DNA of 64,000 nt from Eledone cirrhosa (lineage: Eukaryota), in assembly GCA_964016885.1 (NCBI GenBank), contig OZ024740.1, positions 175,770,001-175,834,000 on the forward strand, read 5' to 3'. The notes below the pieces were generated by a model. The model had not been told where the DNA came from. It did no database searches and worked only from the letters and a program-made list of their open reading frames with translations. The translations under genes and the position numbers were made by a program. Shown in pieces: positions 1 to 12,795 of this stretch (position 1 is its first letter; each line of letters opens with the position of its first letter).

Positions 1-3000
1 GGTGACTGGAACGGGATCTTACATGCCCGCTGGGACTGTGTGGGATTAGCGCATAAGGGTGGAGGGTGCAAGAGCCTCACCAACCTGCTCAGGCGTTTTG
101 AACTGTCTGACAGGTACCGATTGGATTTCCCGAATGTGCCAATGTGGACTTGGTCAAATCGCATAGGGTCATCCAGATCATATCTAGATAGAGTATTTTG
201 TAGGGAAATAGATAGGTCTAGCATAGGCTGTCCACAATTCAAGATAGTCAGCTACACGGACCACAAATTCGTGATCTGTGTGCTTGACTTAGATAGGCTT
301 CATAGACGAGGACCCGGCTACTGGAAGCTAAACACGTCCTTACCAGCGCGCAAGGCCTACAGAGACCGGATTAGCGAACTAGTTAAGCGGGCGTTGACGG
401 GGGCCATCGTCAACAACAAGTGGTGGTTTGCTCTGAAAAGAGCGATTAGAATAGAATCGATTAGGTTTAGTAAGGCTTTAGCAATAGAGAAAAATAGAGC
501 AGAGGGAGAATTAGTTAGAAAATTAGACGAGGCGCTTAGCAAAGGCATTGCGACCGACGTGCTTGCGGAAAAATTGGCCCTTGACCAATTCTTCAATGCA
601 AAGCACGAAGGCTGCGTTGTCAGAGCAAGGGTGCGTGCTCTCAGACACGAGGGGACGAAAGCCGTTCAATGGGCCCGAGTGGCGGAGGCGCGTCGTGGCA
701 ACAAACCCACGATCCGGTCTTTGGTGGACCACGACGGGCGCATGCTACTCGATCCCGGGCAAATGTGTGAAGCTTTTCAGCGACACTTCGCTCAGCTGTT
801 CGGGGGCTACGGTGAGCCGGGTCGAGGGATGGACTTTAGTGTCTACCTCGACGGACTGCCGCGGCTCTCGGCCACTGAGGCGAAGTGTTGCTAAAAGCCG
901 ATAACAGCCGCTGAAGTAAGGGAGGCAATGACTGGCTGCACAAGGGGTAAATCGCCTGGTTTGGATGGTCTGCCCTATGAACTTTACGTACAGATGCCAG
1001 ACTTGTTCGGAGGCCTCTTGGTGGACGTCTACTGCAACTGGCAACAGAACGGGAGAATTCCCAGTTCTGTGAGCCGAGGAGCGGTGGCACTGCTGAGAAA
1101 GGATCCGAACAAGGGGGATAACATAGATAATTTCCGGCCCATAACTCTGCTAAACACAGAGTTCATGATTTTGGCCAAGGTGCTAGCAAAGAGGTTGGCG
1201 CTTGTCGTTGGTGGTCTGGTGGGAGAGGCGCAGATATGCGCCATTCCCGACAGATCCATCCACGACAACCTCCACCTAATGCGATACATCGTAGAGAGGG
1301 TAGCTAGGGACCCTGGCACGGGTGGGTCCTTGATCAAGTTAGATCAGTCGAAAGCTTTCGATAGGGTCGACCATCGTTACCTAGCCGCAGTCCTGAGGGC
1401 GGCTGGCTTTGGGCCCGTCTTCAGAGGCTGGATCGCTGCCATGCACAGCGACATCTGCTCTGTGGTGAGAGTGAACGGTCACCTGTCGGAACCGTTCAAC
1501 ATCATGCGCTCGGTCCGCCAAGGATGTCCCCTCTCGTCCCTCTTGTACGTATTGACTCTCGAGCCATTACTGCACAAACTGGAGACGTTGAGGGGCATCC
1601 CGCGCGAACTAGGATGCGGAAGATCCGTGTCAGCATATGCGGACGATGTCACCGTAGTGGTGTCGAACGCCAAACACATCGAGGCGATCGGCACTACACT
1701 AAGAGAATACGAAGCGGTGACAGGAGCAATGATCAACCAGGAAAAGTCAGTGGGCCTGCAGCTCGGCACCTGGAGAGGCAGGTCCATGCCGTCCAACAGC
1801 GTCATCGGACGCTGGACGGACGGACCGGTTAAATTGCTATGGGTCTGGTTCGGTCCGGACCTCCAGACGGACAAAAACTGGGACGAGGTGACGAGCAGGG
1901 TGTCTTCTCTCATCCAGAAATGGGCGGAGAGGAAGCTATCCCTGAAAGGTCGAGCAGAGGTGACTAACGCGTACATCGCGTCTGTCATCTGCTACCACCT
2001 GACCGTCGTACCTTGTCCTAAGCCTCGCCTGACTGCGCTGGAGCGTTTGCTCTTTCGCTTTTTGTGGAACGGACGCGCTCCGATGGTCAGGCAGTCCATC
2101 TGTTGTCAACACCCGCTACGTGGAGGGCTGGCCTTGCCGTGGCTGATGATGCGCAGGCACGCGCTCAGGCTACGACATCTCCACCTCTTCCTCGACGGTG
2201 ATCAGGTGTGGTCGCAGTTTGCTAGACACGTATTTCCCCAGCTCGTTTCCTTGACGGAGCTGCAGTCCTGGGTCAAGCGAAGACCGAGAGGGAGCGCCTG
2301 AAGACTGGAATGTCTTCAGGCGCTCACAGCCCTCGACCAATCGGGCAATGTGATCGGTGGAAACTCCACCTCGGCGTTCTATAGAGGATTAGTGGAGGGG
2401 AAGAGCGACGACGTACTTGGGGAAACTCTAGGCGTCGACGAAAATCAACTAGCCAATTTCTTCGGAAGAACTTTCGGGCCAGGGTCTATGGACAACTTCC
2501 AGAAATCTCTGGCCTGGCAGTGCTACCGAGGAGCCTTGCCAGTTCGGGATAAACTCTACAGGCATGGAGGTGCCGTCAGCCGGGCATGTCCGAGATGCGC
2601 GCAGGGCGACGAAACCGTCCTGCACGCACTCGTCCAGTGTCCGAAAATTGCTAACTTGTGGGTTTATGTCGAACACCTGCTGTCGCGTTTAGGACGGATC
2701 CGGCTATCATCTGAGTCCATCGTGAGGATTGCCCCGCCCTCCTCCTTTAGCCGGGAAGGGCAGGCAGTTTTTATCTGTCTGGTGGCCATGGCGAAAGAGA
2801 TAGTATGGTGGACATGTTTGAAAGGGCCGAAGACGAGCACTTACCTCTTCGGTGATGCTCTGATTGACTTTTTCAAATTTCATTTGAAAAGGAAAATCAG
2901 AGTAGAGAGGGAAGTGCTCTCTTCCCAGCATTTTGTTGAAAGATGGGTGAGAGAAGCAAGAATGGCCCGAGTGAATGGGCCTACTCTGAGTATATATCTG

Positions 3001-3003
3001 TAA
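1..3003 (+). pseudogene. ORF2 (EN-RT-zinc finger) of Tx1 copy 1, with two in-frame stops
   Basis: ORFs 40..894, 928..2301 and 2350..3003 share one frame, separated only by TAA at 892-894 and TGA at 2299-2301. Confidence 0.9.
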
Positions 3004-3251
3004 ATTAAAGGTGGAAAACTGGGAGAGGGCACTTTCCTTGGTGGTCAGGGTCATTGTGGCCTTTTACTGGGCTTTCTCCACAAATGTCCCTCCGAAGTCT
3101 CCCCCCTATTGGGGAATTTTTCATTGTTATTTTTTATTACATCCTCTGTTTTTGTTTTTTACACGCAGAAATGCCCACTTGTACCGTCCTGTATTGTCCT
3201 GCACTGTCCTTAATGTCTACTTTATGTAAACCCTTGTGGTTAATAAAGAAA

Positions 3252-3253
<2 letters not shown>
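1..3253 (+). mobile_element. Tx1/L1-clade non-LTR retrotransposon, cut by the window edge within the endonuclease domain
   Basis: Starts with APE motif GDWNGIL (bases 1-21) and SYTDH. RT motifs: KSPGLDG, NFRPITLLN, DQSKAFDRV, SVRQGCPLS, YADDV. C-terminal zinc finger CPRC...HALVQC. 3' UTR ends AATAAAGAAAT then (ATT)n. Confidence 0.95.

Positions 3254-3299
<46 letters not shown>
3254..3299 (+). repeat. (ATT)n microsatellite at the LINE 3' junction
   Basis: About 15 perfect ATT units. Confidence 0.95.
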
Positions 3300-3302
<3 letters not shown>

Positions 3303-3900
3303 GGTCGATAAAATAAAATACCAGTAATACACTGGGATAATTGCTGGCCTTGTACCAAAAGTAGAAACAATTATCATTATTATTAACTTTGCCTTTCATC
3401 CGTATGGAGTCGATAAAATAAAGTACCAGTAATACACTGTAATAATTGCTGGCCTTGTGCCAAAAGCAGAAATAATAATTATTATTATTATTAGGACGGT
3501 GGATTGGCAGTATCGATAGCACGTCAGACACCATGCTTTATGGCACAGAGTTACGGCCTTTTACGTTTTTAGTTCAAATCACGCCGAGGTTAGCTTTGTC
3601 TTTCATCCTTACAGGATTGATAACATAAAACACCAGTAATGCACTGGGATCGATTTAACTTTCCCCTCCCACAAAATCGCTGGTCTTGTACCTATAATAG
3701 AAATCATTATTATTATTTTGCCTTTCATCCTTACGGGGTCGATAAAATAAAGTACCAGTAATGCACTGGGTAATTGCTGGCCTTGTGCCTAAAGTAGAAA
3801 CAATTATTATTATTAAGGATTGGCAGAGTCGGTAGAGCGTCGACCAAAATGCTTTTCGGTATAAAGTTAGGGACTTTTACATTCTGAGTTCAAATCCCTG
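3300..3900 (+). mobile_element. Cluster of about 5 whole or partial tRNA-derived SINE copies (family A)
   Basis: Repeated core GCCTTTCATCCTTACGGGGTCGATAAAATAAAGTACCAG and tail GTAGAAACAATTATTATT. The full copy at ~3494-3717 has A-box TGGCAGTATCG and B-box GTTCAAATC. Confidence 0.9.
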
Positions 3901-4689
3901 CATTATTATCATTGTCATTGTTGTTGTTATTATTATAGTACCCCTTAATCCACTTTGCATCCCCCAAATTTGCTGCCAATTTTAGTAAAAATGATTATTA
4001 TCATAACTTATAATTACAAACACGACTGCTGTCTACTGAAAGAAAACAAAGTAAAAGAATAAAGGAATAAAAGAATAATTGCCAATATCTATTATTAAAC
4101 TGCCATTATATAGGATTAGTTGTCTTTCTCTGAAGATAGAATTACATCATCCACATTCTCGTGATATTAAGTGATGTACAGTGATTGTTAGGAGTACTCT
4201 CATTTGTTTACTACGCGATGACAAAGGTTATTGCCATATAAATAGATCCTTAATTTCGAAGGGATTATTTTAGGGCTTGAAAAGTCGACATGTACGCCGC
4301 AAATGCAGTACCAATATCCACATGACGAACATATCCTGAAAGAAATTAATTGAATTAGTAAAAAAAAATTGTGAATATAAAACAAATGCAGTGATTTTAT
4401 TGTCTGAAAATACAATTCTAAAAACTGTTGCAAAAGACAGAATGTCAACGTTGATTTCATCTTATATTAAATCAAATGTACCTCTTCATTGTCAAAATAA
4501 AAAACAACAAAAAACGAGGAAACAAACCTACACAGGTTCTGAACCCATTATATTGCACGAACTGGTCATTTTTATTAGAGCGGAAAGGTTAGAAATTCTG
4601 TAAATAAGTACAGAGAGTTGTTAGTAATTAGGGAACATGACGAGCAATGGCGTATTATCAAAAGTATTCATATGATCTCTGGAGATAGC

Positions 4690-5400
4690 GCTACAGACCT
4701 TCAGAAGTTCGCTTGGCATTGTCATTGACCTCTCCATTAACATCAAACAGTGTAACTCTGACTTCGTACTTGTCCTGCTCAAACTCTTTTTTTCTCTTGC
4801 TCACCTGTCTCTACAGGGACATATCACGATCATTTGAAACACGTTGCTGTGTGTCCCACACCCAAGAAAGACAACCCCTCTAACTTTGCCAACTATCGTC
4901 CTATCGCCCTCATATTCAATACTTCAAAGGTAATGGCGACATCCATTAACAATAACCTTCTCTATCAACTTGAAAGTCTCTCCTTCCTTATTCTTCCATA
5001 GTATGGTATTCGTAAAGTCAAACATATTAGAGAGTTACTGATATTTGATAAATACTGTTATTGTCATCGGCATTAGAAAATCTTTCGACTCTGTCTACCC
5101 GCACATAACTACCTCCTATCTTTTTTTAAATCTATGGCTCCATGTGAAATCAACAACGTGTTGTTTGTTGGTGGAGCACTCTCTGGTTCATATCCTATCA
5201 ATAAGCGGCATGAGAGTTCAATTATGATTCTTACACTCTCCTTTCTCTACATCATCGACGTACTTCCGTCATCTGTAACAACATCCACTCTTACGCAGAT
5301 GATAGTTATCTTCACCCCTCCCTCACGGGCAACCCTGAAACATTATGCCAATTTTGTATTGACTTCATGAACAGAGATTTCAAAAACTCGCTCTAATGGT
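4690..5400 (+). pseudogene. Heavily decayed LINE reverse transcriptase fragment (CR1/jockey-like)
   Basis: Hand translation: PTPKKDNPSNFANYRPIAL..SKVM (~4855-4940), IRKSFDSV (~5072-5095), SYADDS (~5290-5306). Many stops and frameshifts. Confidence 0.7.
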
Positions 5401-5622
5401 ATCATATCAACCTTATGCCCCCTGAAACTTAAAACCTCACTCCAATGATACCATATCAATGGACGGCAAACAGATACAAACATTACACATATCAACAAAC
5501 TATCACACTCACTGAACTATGAACACCAAGGACTGAGACCGAGAAAGTAACTACACATGCTAAACATGACCAGTACTGAGAATCTTCCATGGAGTATGTT
5601 TATCTTTTATATAAGCAAAATT

Positions 5623-5752
5623 CAGGGGATGTGGAATGTGGGGGGTTTCTAAAGGGGTCATGGGACCCTCCAATAATTATACACCCCCCAACCTAACTAC
5701 CAAAAACACACATCTATTTATATATGCGCTACAATTTATATACATGTTATGT
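5623..5752 (+). mobile_element. Left part of a hAT-like MITE, same family as 12557-12795
   Basis: CAGGGG start. CCAATAATTAT...AACTACCAAAA..CATCTATT..ATATGCGCTACAATTT..TACATGTTATGT is shared with 12593-12672. Confidence 0.5.
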
Positions 5753-6015
5753 AGAGACAGATGGGAGAGATAGATATAAATTTCTATTTATTTGCCACCA
5801 GGGCATCAAAGATTGGGACAAATACAAAGGGGGGAGTTTACATACATTTAAAAAGACGTGTAAAAAACATATAACAAATTAAATTTAACAATCGATGTCC
5901 TAATAGGGAGGGGCGTTGACATGGGTCGCACACACCCCCGAAAAAATGTGCAACCCTCCTCTTCAGGAGCACAAAGAGAGGGTGCTTCCTTCCTCTTCTC
6001 ATTCTTCTCTCTCAC

Positions 6016-9000
6016 CTACAGGTTGATATAGAGAGAAGGCCCATTCACTCGGGCCATTCTCGCTACTTTCACCCACCTTTCATAAAACTTGCTGGGGTAG
6101 AGCACCTCTCTCTCCATTCTGATCCTTCTTCTAAAGTGGTACTTGAAAAAAAAGACCAGTTGTTGGCCGGAGAGAAAGGTGTCTGACCTCAGCCCTTTCA
6201 ACCTTGTCCACCATACAACTTCTTTCGCCATAGCTATCACACAGAGGAAAACCGCCTCTCCTTCGTTTTTGAAAGGGAGAGGCGGTTTGATCGTGACAGT
6301 GTTCTCGGTGGTCAACCGGATTGGTCCCACCCGCGACAGTAGTCGTTCCACATAGTTCCACAGGTCAGCAACGCCCGGGCAGTGTACGAATGCGTGTGCG
6401 ACGGTTTCCTCGTCACGCACGCATCTCGGACAGATCTTCTTCGAGGGGTCCCTACCCGGGCGCCCGTGTCTGTAGAGCTTGTCCCGAACGGGTAGAGCTC
6501 CTCGGTAACATTGCCAAGCCAGGGCCTTTTGGAAGTTGTCCATCGGTCCCGGGCCAAACGTCCTACCGAACAGACTGGCCAGCTCATCTTCCTCCATGCC
6601 CAGAGCCTCTCCGAGAGCGTCGTCGTACTTACTGCGCACCAACCCTCTATAGAATGTTGAGGTTGAGTCTCCACTGATTGCCGGATCCGCTTGCCAGAGG
6701 GCACATTCAATGTGCCAGTCGCCCACTTTTCTCGGTCTTTGCTTGACCCAGGATTGCAGGTCGGTGAGTGAGACGAGTCTCGGAAAGGCTCGCCTCACAA
6801 ACAGGGCCCACACCGGCTGACCGGTGAGGAATATCTGGAGGTGCCGTAGCCTTAATGCGTGTCTACGCATCGTCAGCCACGGCACCCCCAGCCCTCCGTT
6901 CGAATGGTGTTGACAGCAGATGGATCTTCTCACAAAAGGAGCCCGCTTCTTCCAAAGAAATCGGAAGAGCGCGCGCTTCATTTTGGCGAGTGTTTTCTCT
7001 GGGCAAGGCACAACGGTCAAGCGGTAGTAGATGACGGACGCTATATAAGCGTTCGCCACCTCCGCTCGACCTTTCAGGGAGAGTTTGCACTCGGCGCACT
7101 TCTGGGCGAGTGCAAACACCTTGCCCGTTACCTCGTCCCAGTTTTTCTCCACCTGGAGGTCCGGTCCGAACCAGACCCCGAGCAGCTTCACCGGTCCCTC
7201 CATCCAGCGTCCGACGATGCCGTCGGAAGGCATCGTTTTGCCCCTCCACGTCCCGAGTTGCAAACCGACGGATTTGTCCCGGTTCAGCTAGGCTCCTGTG
7301 AACCTTTCATATTCCTCCAGTAAGGTGCCGATCTGCCCGACTTTTGAGGCGCACGACACCATTACTGTCACGTCATCGGCGTAGGCCGACACCGCTTTCC
7401 GCAATCCCGGTTCCAAGGGGATGCCCTGCAACAGCTCCAGCTTCCGCAGTAGTGGCTCGAGAGCCAGCACATACAGGAGGGAGGAGAGAGGGCATCCCTG
7501 TCGGATGGATCGCGTGATTTGGAACGGCTCCGAGAGGAAGCCGTTCACCTTGACCCTCGAGCAGGTGTTGCTGCTGTGCATTGCAGCAATCCAGCCCCTG
7601 AAAACGGGTCCGAAGCCTGCCGCCGCGAGCACCGCATCCAGGTACCGATGGTCAACCCTATCGAACGCCTTAGATTGATCCAAGTTGATCAGGGCCCCAC
7701 CAAAGCCGGGTTCGTTCCCTACCCTCTCTACGATGTATCGCATGAGGTGGAGGTTGTCGTGTATGGACCTAGACGGGATTGCGCATGTCTGCGCTTCTCC
7801 CACCAGGTTCCTGACGACAAGCGCCAACCTCTTCGCTAACACCTTGGCCAAAATCTTTAACTCTGTGTTTAGCAGAGTTATGGGCCTGAAGTTATCTATG
7901 TCATCCCCCTTGTTCTCGTCCTTCCTCACCAGCGTGACTACGCCCTTGGTCACAGAACTGGGAATTCTCCCGTTCTGTTTCCAGTTGCAGTAGATCGCCT
8001 CGAGGAGACCGGAGAACAAGCCCGGCATCGCTACATAAAGTTCGTATGGTAGACCATCGAGACCCGGAGATTTGAGTTTGCTGCATTGGCTCAGCGCTTC
8101 CCCTATTTCAGCGGCTGAAATCGGCCTTTCGCAGGACTTCGCCTCCCCGTCCGAGAGCCGCGCCAGATCGTCGAGGTATGGACCGAAATCCATGGCCCCA
8201 CCCGGCCCGCCGCCCCTCCCGAACAGTCGTGCAAAGCGCCGTTGAAAGGCCGCGCTCATCCGCTCAGGTTCAAGGATCACGCGTCCATCCTGGTCCTTCA
8301 AAGACCGAATCGTGGACTTGTTTCCACTTTTTGCCTCTGTCACTCGGGCCCAGCTAACAGCTTTGGCTCCCTCGTTACCCAGAGCACGTATTTTACTCCT
8401 GATAACGCAGCCCTCGTGCTTCGCATCAAAGAACTGGTCTAGGGCCGTTCTTGACGCCAGCACGCCGGCCACGTTGCCACTCCTAATCGCCTCTTCTACT
8501 CTATTTGTTAATTCCCTTTCAGTTCTATTCCTATCTGATGCTAATTCCTGACTAAAACCTATCGATTCTATTCTAATTTCTCTCTTGAGAGAGCCCCTCC
8601 ACCTGCTGTTGACAATTGCCCCCGTCAAACGCTGCTTAACTAGTGTGCTAATCCGCTTACTGTAAGCTTTGTTTGTCGGTAAAGACAAGTTTAGCTTCCA
8701 GTAACCGGGTCCCTGTCTATGAGTTCTATCAAGGTTGAGCACTCCGGTCACCAACTTGTGATGCGAATAGTCAACCATGAACATTCGTGGACAGCTTAAT
8801 ATGTCCCTATCCTTATTTCTAACTAGGAACCTATCTAGGTACGACCTAGATGTTCCGCTGAGATTAGTTCACGTCCACAGTGGCACAGTCGGAAAATCTA
8901 GTCGATATCTATCGGCCAGATCAAATCCGCCGATTAATCGTTTGAGGCTGTTACACCCCCCTCTATCGGGACATGCCCCTACATAGTCCCAACGTGCATC

Positions 9001-9408
9001 CAGGATACCATTCCAGTCCCCCACTAAAAGCAAGGAGCGAAGAAGCCCGGTCGCAGTGTCCCAGATGGGGCATACGCTGCCACCAACCTGAAAGCTCCAC
9101 CTTCACCACTGCCGACGTCTAAAACCACCAGTCGACCCTCCGGGTCCAGGTGTACCTTCTGTGTGGCAAGACCCAGGTATTTTCGCAGCAGAACGACAAC
9201 CCCACCCCCACCCCTCGGCTGACAGAGAGATGCGTAGATCTCAAAGTCGTCGAAGATGGGGGTCAATTGGCGTTCGCTGCTGATCCTGGACTCGCAAATA
9301 ACCATTACATCCACTCTGTGCGACCTGAGGTCATTTAAGAGTTTGCCCTGTTTCCAGGACATCCCCATGCCGCGTGCTATTCACACATCCAACTCTTATA
9401 TTGGCCAT
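6016..9408 (-). pseudogene. ORF2 (APE endonuclease-RT-zinc finger) of Tx1 copy 2
   Basis: ATG at 9408 gives MANIRVGCVN, then a frameshift to ARGMG..ICESR..AYAP and GDWNGIL (~9001-9021). RT motifs DQSKAFDRV, RQGCPLS, YADDV. In-frame TAG at 7288-7290. CPRC..HAFVHC. Confidence 0.92.
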
Positions 9409-9450
9409 GTTGGTGCTGAAGAGTTAAAAAGGAAGAGGAAAGGAAATTAC

Positions 9451-10187
9451 TTACCTCTTCGTCTCCTGGGGACCAGGCTGCACAATTTCCATGGGGGTGT
9501 TGGAAGGGTTGTTTGGTGGGGTGGTGGTTTGTGGTGGGGTGAGGACATCAGTGTGTGGTGGGATTAGGGTGTTTGGTGGGGTGTGGGTGTCTGGTGTGCG
9601 GGTGGGGAAACATCTCAATAGGACGCTGTTAAGTGGTTTGGTGCAGTTGGTCCCCACATGCATTGGCTGGTTCTTTTTCAAAGTTACATAGGTTTCCGTT
9701 GGGACCCTAATCATCATTAGGTGCGTTTCGTTCGCTGCGTAGGTGAAAGTGATCCCTTCGGTTTCCACCGAAGGGTTATTTTCTATTGCTTTCATCAAAG
9801 TTTTATTGTTCTTGTTAATGTATGTATAGAGTTTTTGTTGTGTTATGTTTGTTTTTGTTTGTTGTTCTTGTGCGTGTTTGCGTTTTGTAGCATGTGTTAT
9901 GTTTTGGGGAGGGGTGGGTGTTTTTGATTGTGATGTTTGTTCTGTTTGTGCTGGTGGTTGTGTGTTTGTAGCATTTTTGTTAATGTGGTGCCTTTTTTTC
10001 TTCTTTTCACCTGTTGAAAGGGTTCTCCCTCGTCGTCGCTGGGTGACGTTGATACGGAATCCTCTTCCGTGTTGTTGGGGAGGGGTATATTTTGGGGTTT
10101 TGTAGTCGTTGCTTTTGTATTTGTTTTAGGTGGGGAGGGGTTGGGTGGAACAGTGTTTTGTGTTGTTATTTTTCCGTGTTGTTGTGG

Positions 10188-10253
<66 letters not shown>

Positions 10254-11296
10254 TGGTTGTGGTGGTGGTGGTTGTGTTGTTGTGTTCGGGGTTGGCAGAA
10301 GAGCCTTTTTTTTTTGACTCGTTAATTGAGGACAGGCAGCCCTCAGGTGACCCCTACTTAAGCAGTGGTAACATGACGGCCGCCTTCCCGCCACTGAAAT
10401 GTTTATATAAGTTAGCCCGTCCAGAGGCACGCGTTGTGGGATATTCGCTATTCGTTCTGGGATCATTTGCACCAGAACTTCTACGCTGGTCCCACCAAAT
10501 ACACATCCGGAGGACTTTCCTATTGAAATTATCCTGTCTTCATCAAAGTCAATGATTCCACATAGTATCCACCAAATATTTACATTTGGTGTGATACTCA
10601 TGATTTTTATTCTTTGTGTCCTTTTTCCCCTGTATGTGAAGCGGGGGGACACAATGGGTGATACCGAGTATTTTTGTGCTGTTGACTGGTTATTCATTAG
10701 CACCGAAATGCTACCAAACAGTTTTCCTTTTTGTATGAAGGTTATGTCATTCATTGCATCTTTTAGAACCAGCTCAGTTTCATTTTGTTATAATTGAGCT
10801 GGTTTTCTTGTTTCGTTCGATATTGTTCTGAAAACCACAGTTTTCAGGACAGCCTCTCTACGTAATCCCTGTGGAGAATTGATGCTAAAAGCACCGTTTT
10901 CGCCCAAAGTCACGAATTGTTTTGCGTCTTGTAGTAGTTGTTTAGCATTTGTTATGTCAATTGGCGTGTATAGTTCGTTTTTTTTACAGTCTGTGCGAAC
11001 GTTGTTTTGGTGTTGTCTTTTTTGTTGCTGTTGTTGTTGTCACTGTTGGTAATATTGTTCATGTTTTCTTTGGTGTTGCTATTGTTGCAGTTGTTGGTTG
11101 TGGTGTTATTGTCATTGTTCTTGTTGTTGGTGCTGGTATTATTTACCGGGTTTGGTTTCGTGGTTTCAATATTTTCAACGTTTTTCGATAATGCGAGGGG
11201 GGAAGGCTGCAAGCTTTGTACTCCTACCTTCCCTCCACCACTTTTCTTAGTGGGCGTGGCACTCACGACAGTGTGCGAGGTTGAAATGGCATCCAT
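9451..11296 (-). pseudogene. ORF1 (gag-like, CCHC zinc knuckle) of Tx1 copy 2, frameshifted
   Basis: Pieces 10952..11296, 9897..10754 (CYHCLSRGHLRAAC = CX2CX4HX4C, plus polyQ) and 9451..9798, directly upstream of ORF2. Confidence 0.8.
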
Positions 11297-11499
11297 TGCT
11301 GAATACCAAGTCTACACAGTTTTGAGATGAAAATGAAAATTTCGCCCCAGAAAGGGGCGAAAATTAGTTGACTCAACGTCTGAAGGCCCAGCCAAGGGGT
11401 TAAACTAAACAATGCTATTAAATTGAGCAATGAACTCACAGTTTTTTTTGACAATAATCCGTAAAAATCCGGAGCGAAGTAATTCACGTCTATATCAAG

Positions 11500-11900
11500 T
11501 GGTAATTGATATAGAGAGGAGTATCAAAAAAAGTTCCGTGTAGTAGATATAGAGAGGGGGAATGGAAGAGAGTACCGTGTAGTAGATATAGAGAGGGGGA
11601 GAGTTTGGTATTAATTGATATAGAGAGGGGTATTAGCAGAGAGTTCCGTGTATTAGATATATAGAGGGGGAGAATTTGGTGGTTGTAGATATACAGAGAG
11701 AGATAATGGGAGAGTGCCGTGTAGTAGATATAGAGAGTGTGAGAGTTTATGGGTGATTGATATACAGAGGAGGATTGGGAGAGATAAGTGTAGATATTTA
11801 TAGAGTGAGAGAGTGTATTAGTCTTAGATATAGAGAATTGGATAAGAGAGACGGTGCCGTGGTAGATACAGAGAGGAGGATTAAACGAGACTTAGAGAGG
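11500..11900. repeat. Degenerate GA-rich minisatellite (GTGTAGTAGATATAGAGAGGGGG-like units)
   Basis: About 10 diverged copies of TAGATATAGAGAG. Confidence 0.75.
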
Positions 11901-12289
11901 AGTAGGCTTTGGTGGCGCTCTCGGGTCCCAAATAACAGAAGGGGTGTGAAATCAGTAATTTTATAGTGTACGTTTGTAAATATGGGATTTCTTATAATGT
12001 TCTTCTTTTGTCATATATAATGTTTTTTTTTTAATGTAAAATAAAATAATTATTAGATTCTCCAGCTGCTGTATCAATATGAATCACTTACAATAACATT
12101 TCACCGGAGATGGATTAGCAAAATTTAATAAGCGGATGGTTGGTGTTAGTGGAATAAAAACCGGGTATGGGGCAGGAAAATATCTGAGAAATTTATAAGC
12201 GGGGGCAGAGGACGTTTATTCAAGACCTGATAGTACATGAATTATTGACGGACGTAAGAATGAAAACTCAATACCGAAGTAGAGTTTAC

Positions 12290-12432
12290 ATATTCGTTTA
12301 TTATGGCTAAGCCTTGTTACTCTGGAGTCTCATCTGCGTACTCACCAGACAAGACAAGACTGGAGATGCTGTGAGTGCGCAGGTGAAACTTTAGAGTAAC
12401 AAAGCTCACCAATAGCCATAACAAATGAATGT
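12290..12432. repeat. Imperfect long inverted repeat (palindromic MITE-like hairpin)
   Basis: TTGTTACTCTGGAGTCTCATCTGCGTACTCAC pairs with GTGAGTGCGCAGGTGAAACTTTAGAGTAACAA (32 positions, 1 mismatch, 4 G-U). Outer arms TTATGGCTA/TAGCCATAA. Confidence 0.75.
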
Positions 12433-12556
12433 ATAAGTATATAGGAGATGACTAAATTAGATATAACTCCAGTTTCTTACCAAATGCGAAGAAGCTCGAT
12501 ATATTAACCTCTTAGGAAAGGGCGCAGAACATATGTTTTAAAAGTTATATGTATAC

Positions 12557-12795
12557 AGTGGTGGTGGAACTGTAAGGGTAACATTCTCCCTTCCAATAAT
12601 TATATTTTCTCCCCAAACTACCAAAACATACATCTATTTCGATATGCGCTACAATTTATGTACATGTTATGTTTATCGCATATCGAAGTTTTCTTACCAT
12701 TTTAGAGTGCAAAGAGCTAAACTAATCACTATAAGTAAATAGCCCCCCCCCCCCCCCCCATCCTCATTCATTCAAAAATGCTTGCACCGCTCCTG
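12557..12795. mobile_element. hAT-like MITE remnant
   Basis: Imperfect terminal inverted repeats CAGTGGTGGTGGAA...TTGCACCGCTCCTG, a subterminal C-run, and interior shared with 5670-5751. Confidence 0.5.

Larger units (their letters stand above)
5780..11490 (-). mobile_element. Near full-length Tx1/L1-clade non-LTR retrotransposon (ORF1+ORF2), decayed
   Basis: ORF1 with CCHC knuckle, then ORF2 with APE, RT and zinc finger. 3' end reads CCCTGGTGGCAAATAAATAGAAAT. The 5' boundary is approximate. Confidence 0.93.

Noticed and set aside
357-8551. Antisense and alternate-frame ORFs over the two Tx1 elements
   Set aside because: Shadow ORFs of GC-rich coding sequence.
5670-12672. ~85-bp direct repeat either side of Tx1 copy 2, as an LTR or TSD
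   Set aside because: It is diverged, not at the junctions, and explained as two copies of one MITE-like family.
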